Shown in pieces: positions 26,461-35,665 of a DNA stretch of 62,809 bases. Origin of the DNA: an uncultured bacterium (lineage in GTDB: Bacteria; Poribacteria; WGA-4E; DTYX01; CAZRLY01); NCBI GenBank assembly GCA_964601015.1, contig CAZRLY010000001.1:1-62809 (forward strand), in the 5' to 3' direction. A model generated the notes under the pieces. It saw only the letters and a program-made list of their open reading frames with translations. It did no database searches and was not told the DNA's origin. A program made the translations under genes and the position numbers. Every line of letters starts with the position of its first letter. Positions within the stretch are counted from its first letter, which is position 1.

Positions 26461-27176
26461 TAATTCAGGCGACCACACGGGGTTGCGTCTACAAAGTTAT
26501 ACACTATAAAACAATCAAAATGGTAAAAATAAAAGTATCCGCATCCTGTAGTGCGCACCGTTTCACTTTGGACGCCCCACACGGGCTTCAGCAATGTAAA
26601 CAACCTCTATAAAACACAGGATCGGATGCACTTTGACAGGGATGTTTCATTTTACCTTAAAATCACAGCGAAGATAACCTGACACTTCTCCCCACAGAGT
26701 CCACAAAGTTACATCTGACGCTTGTTTATCTATTTTTCCGAGAAGACCAGTAACGTCCGGTTAAAAAATTGCATCTGTCGTAAGTAATCAAGAAGAATGG
26801 AAAACGGAGTAGCAAGCTTTGGGAAAGGTACAAATTACGCAGGCTAATTCTATTAAATGATGAACTAAATGTTTGGTCAAAGTTACTTAGCTTGCGTCCT
26901 ATTGCTCCTAAAAAGCCTGCTAATCCATAGTGCAAAATCCTAACCGGACATCACTGGAGAAGACAGATGAATCGGTAAAGAGTGGCAATTTTTTTTCTTT
27001 ACTTTAACGTTTTAGTCAATTTAGTCAATTTTTAATTCAGCGGGGAAGAAACGGGGTGGCACCCAGAGAAGTTGCTTGCCCCGGTCCGAGGGCATACCTC
27101 CGAAACATTACTCAATTCTGACCGGGGAAGCCCATGTCAACTGGATTCGATGCTCTATTTTTTCCTTCGGTTTCTA

Positions 27177-28292
27177 TTATCCAAACAACGGTTCGCCGTC
27201 CGAAAGAAGCGACTGTGCAAATTCCTCGTTCAATTCCAATCCCAACCCTGGTGCGTCGGGGATGGTGATGTAACCATCTTGAATAAGCGGTTCATTGATG
27301 ATGACAAGTTTGTCCCAATTCGGGTCGCGCATTCTATGCCACTCCAGCACGAGGAAGTTGGGGATGCAGGCGCAAACGTGGCAGGAAGCGATAGTTCCCA
27401 ACGGACCGGATACATTGTGCGGTGCCATTGGAATGTAGTAAATTTCAGCCATGTTTGCTATCTTCCGAGATTCGGATAGCCCGCCGCACTTTGGAATGTC
27501 GGGCATGATGATGTCCACGGCTTGTTTTTCAATTAGGTCGCGGAATCCGTAGCGCAGGTAGAGGTTTTCTCCCACGCAGATTGGCGTGCGTGTGGACTGT
27601 TTGATTTGCAGTAGTGCGTCCACGTTCTCAGGCGGGACAGGTTCTTCCAGCCACATCAGATTGTACGGTTCCAGTGCGCAAGCGACTTTTATACCGCTGT
27701 GTGTATCATATCGCCCGTGCATGTCAATCGCCAGGTCAATTTTCGGGCCGATGGCTTCGCGGACAGCAGCTACTTTGTCCACCATGTTCTGAAGTTCGCC
27801 GGGCGTAATTGACCAGTTCCACCTGTCCAATTTATTCGCATCGCCAGCGTCGTCAATGTCGAACTTCAGCGCGTTGAACCCCTTTTCGACCACTTCCTTT
27901 GCCCTTTCAGCGTAAGATTCTGGCGTCCTACCTCCTCCGCTGTCGGCGTATACCCGAATCTTGTCCCTGAATTTTCCACCGAGCAACTGATAGACAGGCA
28001 CATTGAGTGCCTTTCCAGCCAAATCCCAGAGCGCGATTTCGATGCCGGTCAAGGCGGTTACAAAATTTCCCGCCATCGCACCATCAAAGATATACGAGCG
28101 TCGTGCCTGCTCAAACAAACAGTCTATGTCAAGGGGATTTTGACCGATGAAATGCCTCTTCACCGCACCGATAATATTTGCGCATCCTGCACCCCCATGA
28201 ACACTTTCACCTGTGCCAGTCAAACCTTCGTCCGTATAAACCCTGATGAAAAAACCACCAGCGCGTGACGTTTTTATGTCCGTAATTTTCAT
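27177..28292 (-). CDS. Enolase-superfamily enzyme (mandelate racemase/muconate lactonizing family, acid-sugar dehydratase-like)
   Basis: Typical N-terminal capping domain 'MKITDIKT...', and barrel metal ligands in 'DLAIDMHG', 'WLEEP' and 'VGENL'. Confidence 0.85.
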   Translation of the reverse strand: MKITDIKTSRAGGFFIRVYTDEGLTGTGESVHGGAGCANIIGAVKRHFIGQNPLDIDCLFEQARRSYIFDGAMAGNFVTALTGIEIALWDLAGKALNVPVYQLLGGKFRDKIRVYADSGGGRTPESYAERAKEVVEKGFNALKFDIDDAGDANKLDRWNWSITPGELQNMVDKVAAVREAIGPKIDLAIDMHGRYDTHSGIKVACALEPYNLMWLEEPVPPENVDALLQIKQSTRTPICVGENLYLRYGFRDLIEKQAVDIIMPDIPKCGGLSESRKIANMAEIYYIPMAPHNVSGPLGTIASCHVCACIPNFLVLEWHRMRDPNWDKLVIINEPLIQDGYITIPDAPGLGLELNEEFAQSLLSDGEPLFG

Positions 28293-28490
28293 ACATGACT
28301 CCTTTTTATCTACAAAAATGTTTTGATATACTGAGCGCGATTGGGTTTTGTGAATATAACAAGTAAAGAGTAAAACTGTTACTTTTTACTTGTTCAATGC
28401 AGATAATTTTTAGTATATCATCTGTGGCTGAAAATATCAATCCAATATTAGTGTGTTCAGGAATTCTCAGTTTAAGTTAAATGCGAATTA

Positions 28491-28537
28491 AAATTTTGGT
28501 TGACATAATGCAGAAAATATGATAAATTTTGGTTGAC
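28491..28537 (+). promoter_or_regulatory. Candidate promoter with a 14-nt direct repeat
   Basis: AAATTTTGGTTGAC at 28491-28504 and 28524-28537. TTGACA (28500-28505), 17-nt spacer, TAAATT (28523-28528). Reads toward the ADH gene. Confidence 0.35.
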
Positions 28538-28703
28538 GAAAGAATAAGCAGGAGGCGTTATTTTGACTTTGGTAGATTAAAAACAGAATTCAACTGTAGC
28601 TCAACTTTCGTTGTTGGCTGATAAATCGGAAGTGGGCGAAACAAATTCCTCCCCTCCTGATTTCTCCGAAATCGGAAGGGGTAAAGCGGCTATTCGCTCG
28701 GAA

Positions 28704-28764
28704 ACGAAAAATAGGAAAGAGGGGGTTTGGGGAAGAAAGGAAACCTTTCTCCCCCAAAATAGAG
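28704..28764 (+). promoter_or_regulatory. Structured 5' leader, copy 1 (purine arm-AAA-pyrimidine arm hairpin plus CCCCCAAAATAGAG before the ATG)
   Basis: GGGGAAGAAAGG (28729-28740) AAA CCTTTCTCCCC (28744-28754), then CAAAATAGAG-ATG. No Shine-Dalgarno is evident. Confidence 0.4.
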
Positions 28765-29775
28765 ATGAAAGGAGTTATCTTCACAGGTAATAAAGAATGT
28801 CGTATAAAAGAATTTCCTAACCCGGAACCGGGTGCTGGAGAGGTGCTGGTACGCATGAAGGCTACCGGCATTTGCGGGAGCGACTTGCATGTTTTGCGAG
28901 CCGCTAAAGGCGACAGCGACAGGATTCCCGGACATGAGCCCTCCGGCGTTATAGAGAAACTCGGCGAGGGCGTAGAAAACATCAAAGTCGGCAATAGGGT
29001 AAGCGTATACCACTATCTGGGATGCGGACATTGCAAATACTGTTCTTCGGGGATGCTGATGTGGTGCAGAAGGGCAAGAGGCTATGGTGGACCAATTGAC
29101 GGCTCGCATGCTGATTTTGTCATAGCGGATGAGCGAAACTGCGTCCCACTGCCCGACTCAGTCAGTTTCATCGACGGCGCTTTCATCGCTTGCGCAGGAG
29201 GCACAGCGTATTCTGCTATGAGCAAGTTGCAGGTTTCCAGCCATGATACAGTGGCGGTTTTTGGGCTTGGGCCGGTCGGTTTGAGCGGTGTCATTGTCGC
29301 CAAAGCAATGGGTGCCAAGGTGATTGGTGTGGACATTGTCGATGAACGAGTCCAGTTGGCGTTACAGGTTGGCGCGGATGCCGCCGTAAACGCCCAAGGG
29401 GAGAACCCCGTATCGGCTATCCGCAATTTCGCAGGCGGAGAGGGTGCCGATTTAGCATTTGAGGCGTCAGGAAGCGCAGAAGGACGCAGCAACATCGTCG
29501 CCTGCCTCAGACGGAGCGGCAAAGCTGTATTCTGCGGCGCTGGCAACAATGAAAAGGTTATCAACCCCGGAGACTTGATAGGAAAACAGTTGACCTTAAT
29601 GGGTTCTTTCGTCATTACTCTCGGCTTGGCATGGGATTTGGTAGATTTTACCGCACGCCACAAGTTGCCTTTTGAAAAAGCTGTGACACATAGATTCCCT
29701 ATCGACAAAGCCAACGACGCCTATAGATTGGCGGACGAAGGCAAAACGGGAAAGGTTGTGTTCGTTTGGGAGTAG
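28765..29775 (+). CDS. Zinc-dependent medium-chain alcohol/polyol dehydrogenase
   Basis: 'GICGSDLH', 'GHEPSGVIEKLGEGV', structural-zinc 'GCGHCKYCSSG', and Rossmann 'VFGLGPVGL'. Confidence 0.85.
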   Translation: MKGVIFTGNKECRIKEFPNPEPGAGEVLVRMKATGICGSDLHVLRAAKGDSDRIPGHEPSGVIEKLGEGVENIKVGNRVSVYHYLGCGHCKYCSSGMLMWCRRARGYGGPIDGSHADFVIADERNCVPLPDSVSFIDGAFIACAGGTAYSAMSKLQVSSHDTVAVFGLGPVGLSGVIVAKAMGAKVIGVDIVDERVQLALQVGADAAVNAQGENPVSAIRNFAGGEGADLAFEASGSAEGRSNIVACLRRSGKAVFCGAGNNEKVINPGDLIGKQLTLMGSFVITLGLAWDLVDFTARHKLPFEKAVTHRFPIDKANDAYRLADEGKTGKVVFVWE

Positions 29776-29788
29776 TGGAAAGTGAAGA

Positions 29789-29854
29789 GTGATATTAAAG
29801 CGGGTGAGTAGGTGGGCAGATGAGCAATGGAGCAAGTGAGCGGCCACTGAGCAG
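29789..29854. repeat. Octamer-type short tandem repeat tract, copy 2
   Basis: GTGATATTAAAGCGGGTGAGTAGGTGGGCAGATGAGC... is near-identical to 52802-52838 (GTGATTAAAGCAGGTGAGCAGGTGGGCAGGTGAGC). Confidence 0.75.
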
Positions 29855-29897
29855 TTTTGAGATGAACCGATCGGTTGGTTCATCGGCGAACCCTACG

Positions 29898-29973
29898 CAA
29901 AAAGAAAGGGGGGAAACCTGAGGAGAGGAGAAGGGCAAAGCCCTCTCCTTTGGCTTGTCCCCCCAAAATAGAA
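29898..29973 (+). promoter_or_regulatory. Structured 5' leader, copy 2
   Basis: GGGGGG (29908-29913) ... GGAGAAGGGC (29927-29936) AAA GCCCTCTCC (29940-29948) ... CCCCCC (29959-29964) AAAATAGAA-ATG. Shares 17 of 18 nt around the start codon with copy 1. Confidence 0.4.
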
Positions 29974-32900
29974 ATGAAAAACAACTTTTGCATTGAACAG
30001 GCGCGAAATGTAGATATTATATTGCTGATAATTTTATTCTCGTTAGCTTTCTGTTCAGTTGGAACGGCTGAAACGTATACTGAAGAGATAGAATTGCCCA
30101 TCGATTTTGATGATGTCTATAGCATGTCAATAGAAAATCAAAATGGCGACATAGAGGTTATCGCATGGGATAAATGGGAGATGTTTATAAAAGTTACCAA
30201 AAGGATAGATGCGCCTGAAGAGGAGGCAAAACTTTATGCGGAACAAATTGAAATTCAGCAATCTAAAGAGGAAGACCAAATAACGATAAAAACTAAGTTG
30301 CCTGACGTTCCTGTCGCAGTCAAGGTTGATTACCAACTTAGCGTATGTGCGGATGTCGCCCTTCGCATTCGGTTAGAACAGGGGAATGTCCTTGTGAAGG
30401 GGCTTAATGGCACAGTGGACATCGGTGTTGTAAACGGTGCTGTCGAGCTTTCCGAAGTCATTGGGAAATTTCAGGTGACAGTAGTAAGGGGTTCAATTAC
30501 AGGTAAGATTTTACTTGATGGAAAAAGCGAGTTTTCCCTGAACGATGGTGCGATAAACATTGATATTCTGGATACCCTGGATTTTCCATTTACCGCTGAA
30601 GCTACTAATATCACACTTCGCCTACCTCACGAATATTCAGCGTCTCTGGAAGCGCAGGCTGAAAATGGAATAGTAAAATGCGGGATACCGCTAACGTTGA
30701 CGAAACGGGAATCGGAATCGGTTCTGCGCGGACGGTTAAATGATGGTGGCGCTAAAATAAAATTGAAAGCGCTAAACGGAAATATTGATATTCAATCATT
30801 GTCAAAGTCAAGAAAATTGGACGAACCAACTGACATCTTTGCGCCCGAACCCGAGAAGATGCCGATTGAAAGCGCCGATGTCCCAAAAGCAGAGGTGACG
30901 CCCAAAATAGACGGCTCATTAAATGAGAGGGCGTGGAGAACGGCTGCTCGGTTGGAGGGGTTTTATGTGGCGGATGGTTCGGAGCCGGCTTACGAATTTA
31001 CAGAGGGCTATCTGCTCTGGGATGACGATAATTTTTACATCGGCGTCAAAGTCTGCGATTCGCAGATGTCCAAAATAAAAATCTCTCAGACAGCACACGA
31101 TAGCGCAATCTGGGAGGATGATGCGATAGAGGTACTGCTCAAGCCGGAACCGGATAACCCACGATACTATCACATCGCTGTCAATCCCATCGGAATAATT
31201 TTTGACCAGCGCGTATACGGCGAACACAAACCCGATTCCCTTGGTTCGGCTATACAGCGGATACGGCGCGGCAAGGTAAAAGTCTCCAGCATAACTGACC
31301 GAACTTGGAATTCTAACTGCCTCGCGCGGACTGATATAACTTCTGGATTTTGGACTGTTGAGATGGCAATCCCGTATACATCCATCGGAGTAGTCGCGCC
31401 ACAACCCGGTGACGAATGGCGTTTTAACCTACATCGCAAGGAACAAGCCCTTAAAGAGTATTCATACTGGTCAACTACCTACGCCCCCCAAGAACATGCC
31501 GCCTGGCCGCACTTTCCCGAACGTTTTGGAAAACTGCGTTTTGTTGAGTTCCCACAAGCGGAGGAAGCAACGACAAAACTCGCAAAAATTGAAATCAGCG
31601 GGAATAAATTTGTAACCGAGGAGGAGATTCGAGAGGCGATAGGTTACAAGGAGGGGGATGCGTTCAACGCTGCATCCATCCCTGAAACGCGCCGATGGCT
31701 CGAAGAATCCGGCTGGTTCAAATACGCCAACCTGACGCTGGAGTCTGACGACATTCTCATTATCAAAGTCCTTGAAGAACAATTGAAAGTTGTTAAATCG
31801 GTGGAAATCCAAGGCAGTTCGTTTTTCACTGACGAACAACTGATTGCTTATTTTAATTTGAAACCGGGCAGAGTCCTTCCTCATAACATCGTGACAAAAT
31901 GCAGTTTGATGGCTAAATTGTATCACAATAATAACTACCCGTTAGCTTCAGTCGATTATGAAATTGCCAATGGGAAACTCATCATAACAGTAGACGAGGG
32001 GCATTTGGATAAAATCAAGATAGTGGGAAACAAGCGAATTAAGCAAAGCGAAATTTTGGAATACCTTGAATTGTCCCCAGGTGATGTTTATAATAGTGAT
32101 AGTGGAGAAGAACACGTTGCTACTTTAGCGGCGAAGTTGAAGAGGAAAAACGTATTTAAGCGTATCAAAAACTGGAGTGTGAGCAACGAGGATGGAAAAA
32201 ACACACTCGTAATTGAAATAGAGGAACAACCGATTGTAAACCCTGTCCCACGTCCTTCCATCGGATTCAATCGAATACACGGATTAAAACTCGGAGGCGG
32301 CGTTGAATTGTCCACAGAATACGCGGACGGCGGGAGGCTCTATGGCGACATATCCTACGGTTTTTCCAGCAAAACCGCAAATTACCAGGTGGGCGCGGAG
32401 AAAAGATGGTTTGACAAACATCAATTTACCGTAGGCGCGGAAGCCCATAAACTTACCGATACAAATGACTTCGCTCTGCTCTCACCAGCAGAAGATTTTC
32501 TGACAAAGGTGTTCTTGGGGAGGGAGTTTAAAGATTATTTTCAGCGCAAGGGATACGAAAGCACTTTGAGCCAAAAGTTGACGCCATCAACCACTTTGAG
32601 CGTCTGTTATGCTGATGATAAATACAATAATCTTTTCAAGAATACCGATTGGAGTCTGTTTGATTACAGCACTTCCAAAAGAAGCAATCCACGGATTAAC
32701 CCAGGCAGAATACGAAGCATCAGCATAGCATACAAATTTGACAACCGTAATAAAAAAAGACATGCTGTTCGTCATCTCCGTCGCTACCCAGTTCCAAGCG
32801 GACAGACTACCTACGGTTGGCAGGGATATTTCTCGCTGGAATACGCGGGAAGGAAGATTGGCAGCGATTTTGATTTCACCCTGTGCCGATTTTCCATTAC

Positions 32901-33291
32901 CCGCTACAATCGGCTTTCCGGGAACCAGACTATTGATGTTCGCATTGCAGGGGGTTTCGCCGATTCATTCCTGCCCGCTCAACGTTTGTTTTACATAGGT
33001 GGTGTGGGAACATTGCGTGGATACGATTTTAAGGAATTCATGGGTGATAACATGCTCTTGCTCAACGCCGAATATCGGCTGAAACCAAAATATACACTAC
33101 CTTTGTACTTCGTTACCTTTTGCGATTGGGGGTATACCTGGGAACATGAAGGTAAAATTGACTTGGAAAGCTCTCATACTACCTTGGGCGTTGGCGTCCA
33201 ACTCGGTGACAATATCAGGATAGATTTGGCGCAACCGCTGGATAAAGGTAGGGCTGTCGCGCTTCTGTTGCGATTGGAGAGGATGTTTTGA
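29974..33291 (+). CDS. Omp85/BamA-family outer-membrane protein with N-terminal DUF4097-like and CBM9-like modules
   Basis: Signal/anchor 'IILLIILFSLAFCSVGTA'. Repetitive beta-strand region. 'IDGSLNERAWRTAARLEGFYV...WEDDAIEVLL...YYHIAVNP' is CBM9/DOMON-like. Three POTRA-like repeats. C-terminal barrel ending 'YIGGVGTLRGYDFKEFMGDNMLLLNAEYR...RLERMF'. Start trimmed to MKNNF. Confidence 0.75.
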   Translation: MKNNFCIEQARNVDIILLIILFSLAFCSVGTAETYTEEIELPIDFDDVYSMSIENQNGDIEVIAWDKWEMFIKVTKRIDAPEEEAKLYAEQIEIQQSKEEDQITIKTKLPDVPVAVKVDYQLSVCADVALRIRLEQGNVLVKGLNGTVDIGVVNGAVELSEVIGKFQVTVVRGSITGKILLDGKSEFSLNDGAINIDILDTLDFPFTAEATNITLRLPHEYSASLEAQAENGIVKCGIPLTLTKRESESVLRGRLNDGGAKIKLKALNGNIDIQSLSKSRKLDEPTDIFAPEPEKMPIESADVPKAEVTPKIDGSLNERAWRTAARLEGFYVADGSEPAYEFTEGYLLWDDDNFYIGVKVCDSQMSKIKISQTAHDSAIWEDDAIEVLLKPEPDNPRYYHIAVNPIGIIFDQRVYGEHKPDSLGSAIQRIRRGKVKVSSITDRTWNSNCLARTDITSGFWTVEMAIPYTSIGVVAPQPGDEWRFNLHRKEQALKEYSYWSTTYAPQEHAAWPHFPERFGKLRFVEFPQAEEATTKLAKIEISGNKFVTEEEIREAIGYKEGDAFNAASIPETRRWLEESGWFKYANLTLESDDILIIKVLEEQLKVVKSVEIQGSSFFTDEQLIAYFNLKPGRVLPHNIVTKCSLMAKLYHNNNYPLASVDYEIANGKLIITVDEGHLDKIKIVGNKRIKQSEILEYLELSPGDVYNSDSGEEHVATLAAKLKRKNVFKRIKNWSVSNEDGKNTLVIEIEEQPIVNPVPRPSIGFNRIHGLKLGGGVELSTEYADGGRLYGDISYGFSSKTANYQVGAEKRWFDKHQFTVGAEAHKLTDTNDFALLSPAEDFLTKVFLGREFKDYFQRKGYESTLSQKLTPSTTLSVCYADDKYNNLFKNTDWSLFDYSTSKRSNPRINPGRIRSISIAYKFDNRNKKRHAVRHLRRYPVPSGQTTYGWQGYFSLEYAGRKIGSDFDFTLCRFSITRYNRLSGNQTIDVRIAGGFADSFLPAQRLFYIGGVGTLRGYDFKEFMGDNMLLLNAEYRLKPKYTLPLYFVTFCDWGYTWEHEGKIDLESSHTTLGVGVQLGDNIRIDLAQPLDKGRAVALLLRLERMF

Positions 33292-33366
33292 TTGAAGATT
33301 GTCGATTGAGTTGATTTGGGATATTCCGCGTAATTCCGTTAATTCGCGGCTCCACAGAACACAACC

Positions 33367-34116
33367 ATGCAGACTAAATTTCATCGCAAAAGACAGACTT
33401 ACAGCATTTTCCAAAATAATTGTCCGCGTTGCGTACAGCATCGTTTCGTATTTAAATTAGCGGTGTGCTTGTGTCTAATGTTATCCGTTTGTACTTGCCC
33501 CATATTCTCTTCCATCGCATCGTTACCACCTATAACCGTAGTCCAAAATTACCTTTCCCAAGATGCGTTAGTCATGGGATTCTCCGTCAACGCGGATAAA
33601 ATATTTACCCAGAAAACTCTAAAAAACCTACATCGTGGTTTTACCATTCAGATACTTTACACGGTGGAACTATGGACGTCGCGGAGATTCTGGTTTGATA
33701 AACTCAACGCGCAAGAGGACATTATGTGTAAACTGAATTACGACATCTTGCAAGAACGTTATAAGTGTGTTATCGACAGGCGTGATAAAATTGAACCAAA
33801 GGTAAGCAACAAGCTCGAACGGGTTGCAGAATGGATTACGAATGTAGAGCCTTTAAAAATTCTGACCGGCGATAAATTCGATTTTAATGGGAAGTATTAT
33901 TATACGATAAAAGCTGACATTGCCACCTTGACAAGAGAGGATATTCGAGATTTGCGAAAATGGTTGGACGACTCCGATGATGAAGAAAGTAACGAATCAT
34001 CAATCTCCCGAGCAACCTTCAGGCTCATATCCACCTTCCTTTCGTCACGGTATCATCACAAATTTTCTTTGGAATCCGAAAAGTTTTGGCTAAGAGGGCT
34101 TGAAAAATATCCTTGA
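33367..34116 (+). CDS. Hypothetical exported protein (DUF4390-like, tentative)
   Basis: Hydrophobic N-terminus. 'ILYTVELWTSRRFWFDKLNAQ...KLNYDILQERYKC' resembles the DUF4390 pattern as I recall it. Start uncertain. Confidence 0.4.
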   Translation: MQTKFHRKRQTYSIFQNNCPRCVQHRFVFKLAVCLCLMLSVCTCPIFSSIASLPPITVVQNYLSQDALVMGFSVNADKIFTQKTLKNLHRGFTIQILYTVELWTSRRFWFDKLNAQEDIMCKLNYDILQERYKCVIDRRDKIEPKVSNKLERVAEWITNVEPLKILTGDKFDFNGKYYYTIKADIATLTREDIRDLRKWLDDSDDEESNESSISRATFRLISTFLSSRYHHKFSLESEKFWLRGLEKYP

Positions 34117-34179
34117 ACAACGGGAATACCCGTACTCAAAATAACCCAATTGATTTAAAAGAAATCTTTTCAATTTCCA

Positions 34180-34461
34180 TCAGAAATCTTCGGGCAAATT
34201 TTTATTGAGATACTGGTTTAACACAATATACATCAGGGTTAAACCATCTATCAACCCATCTTTTTTAGCGAGATAGTTATATCCATCCAGCATCAGTTTA
34301 GATATTTGCACGGAGATTATCACTTGTTCTTTCAATCGCTCATCAACCTCCGCATCAACGGTTTCAAGCGAATTGAGCCACGCCTCAAGTTCTTGCCGTC
34401 TTTTAAATTTTGGTAATTCAAAATCGTAATCGTCTTGTGGAATTTCAGCTTTTTTAGACAT
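34180..34461 (-). CDS. Small BrnA/CopG-like antitoxin-type protein (orphan, tentative)
   Basis: 'IPQDDYDFELPKFKRRQELEAWLNS' followed by an RHH-like C-terminal segment. No toxin partner is adjacent. Confidence 0.35.
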   Translation of the reverse strand: MSKKAEIPQDDYDFELPKFKRRQELEAWLNSLETVDAEVDERLKEQVIISVQISKLMLDGYNYLAKKDGLIDGLTLMYIVLNQYLNKNLPEDF

Positions 34462-34555
34462 TAATTTTGATTGACAACTTGATATTTCCTTTGCAAATCG
34501 GAACGCCGCCATCGGGTGGTTACCTGAAGGCGACGTTCCAAAAAACCAGTTACTA

Positions 34556-35515
34556 CTATAAGTCGACAGCCTTTCCTGTTCTGAAGGATGTGCTGGCTGC
34601 CATCATGATTTTGAAGGTTTCAAACGCGTCGGCGTAAGGAGAGAGTATCTTAGAGGAATCGCCTGTTTTCACAGCGTCGATGAATACTCTATCTCTATCG
34701 AATCCCTGTCCACCGAGAGATTCTTCCTCCCCCTTGCGGTTGACTTTGGAACCTCCTCCGACTTGCACAACTAATCCACGGCTGAATACTTCCAGATGGA
34801 CGCGTCCCCAGCCTTCCATTGCGCATGATGAGACGATATTGGCAGCAACGCCGTTTTTGAATTCGATATTCACCATGCTGATGTCATCAACATCGTAGTC
34901 GGGAATATCTGTCATGGTGCCGCTATTGGCGACGCCGTGTACTGTTTTGCCGTCGCTGCCGACCAAAAAACGACATAGGTCAAAAATGTGCGTGGTTTGT
35001 TCGACATGTTGTCCGCCTGATTCAGCGCGAACCCGCCACCAATGGACGCCGGGCATTCCACCCATCCAGTAACCCAGCGCGCCTAATACCTTTTCGTCTT
35101 TGAGAATCTCTTTGGCTTTTTGAGCATCGCCCCCGTAACGCCAATGATAGCCCACGCTGGTGATAACATCATCACTGCGCTGGACGTAGTCGTTTATGAT
35201 AATCCCCTGTTCAAGCCTTGCTGCAATAGGCTTCTCAATGAACATGTGAATGCCCATCTCACAAGCTATTCTTTCCTGTTCACCGTGGGCGAAGGGAGGG
35301 GTGCAGATGTAAACCGCATCAAGTTCTTCCTTGTCGAACATCACCCTAAAATCGGTATAGGGCGTGCCTCCGTATTCCTGCGTTCTACCTTCAGCCTTCC
35401 CCTCAACTATGTCGCACATGGCAACAAACTCAACATCTTCAAAATTCTTGACATTGTTCATGTGCGCACCGGCCATTCCGCCGGTGCCGATGAAACCGAG
35501 TCTTACTTTATCCAT
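34556..35515 (-). CDS. Gfo/Idh/MocA-family oxidoreductase
   Basis: N-terminal Rossmann 'RLGFIGTGGMAGAH' and 'EKP' motif 'FIEKPIA'. Confidence 0.85.
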   Translation of the reverse strand: MDKVRLGFIGTGGMAGAHMNNVKNFEDVEFVAMCDIVEGKAEGRTQEYGGTPYTDFRVMFDKEELDAVYICTPPFAHGEQERIACEMGIHMFIEKPIAARLEQGIIINDYVQRSDDVITSVGYHWRYGGDAQKAKEILKDEKVLGALGYWMGGMPGVHWWRVRAESGGQHVEQTTHIFDLCRFLVGSDGKTVHGVANSGTMTDIPDYDVDDISMVNIEFKNGVAANIVSSCAMEGWGRVHLEVFSRGLVVQVGGGSKVNRKGEEESLGGQGFDRDRVFIDAVKTGDSSKILSPYADAFETFKIMMAASTSFRTGKAVDL

Positions 35516-35665
35516 TTTTTCTCCTTTTATTGAAAGTGTTGAATTATTTCCGTTGGTTTAACGCCCCCTGAAGTTCTTATCGGTATGATACCATAAAATC
35601 AACCCCATTTCAAGGGGTGCGGAAAAATTCAGCGGTTTATAAACTCAAGTATCAGTGTTGGCTTT

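Noticed and set aside
26755-26949. A 195-nt stretch bounded by GTCCGGTTA / TAACCGGAC plus an inner TTGCA / TGCAA pair. It was considered as a MITE or a 6S-like structured RNA in the 700-bp intergenic region upstream of the ART-like/AEP operon.
   Set aside because: A 9-bp inverted repeat within 200 nt is expected dozens of times by chance in 63 kb. The interior did not extend into a convincing long helix when paired by eye, and no second copy was seen.
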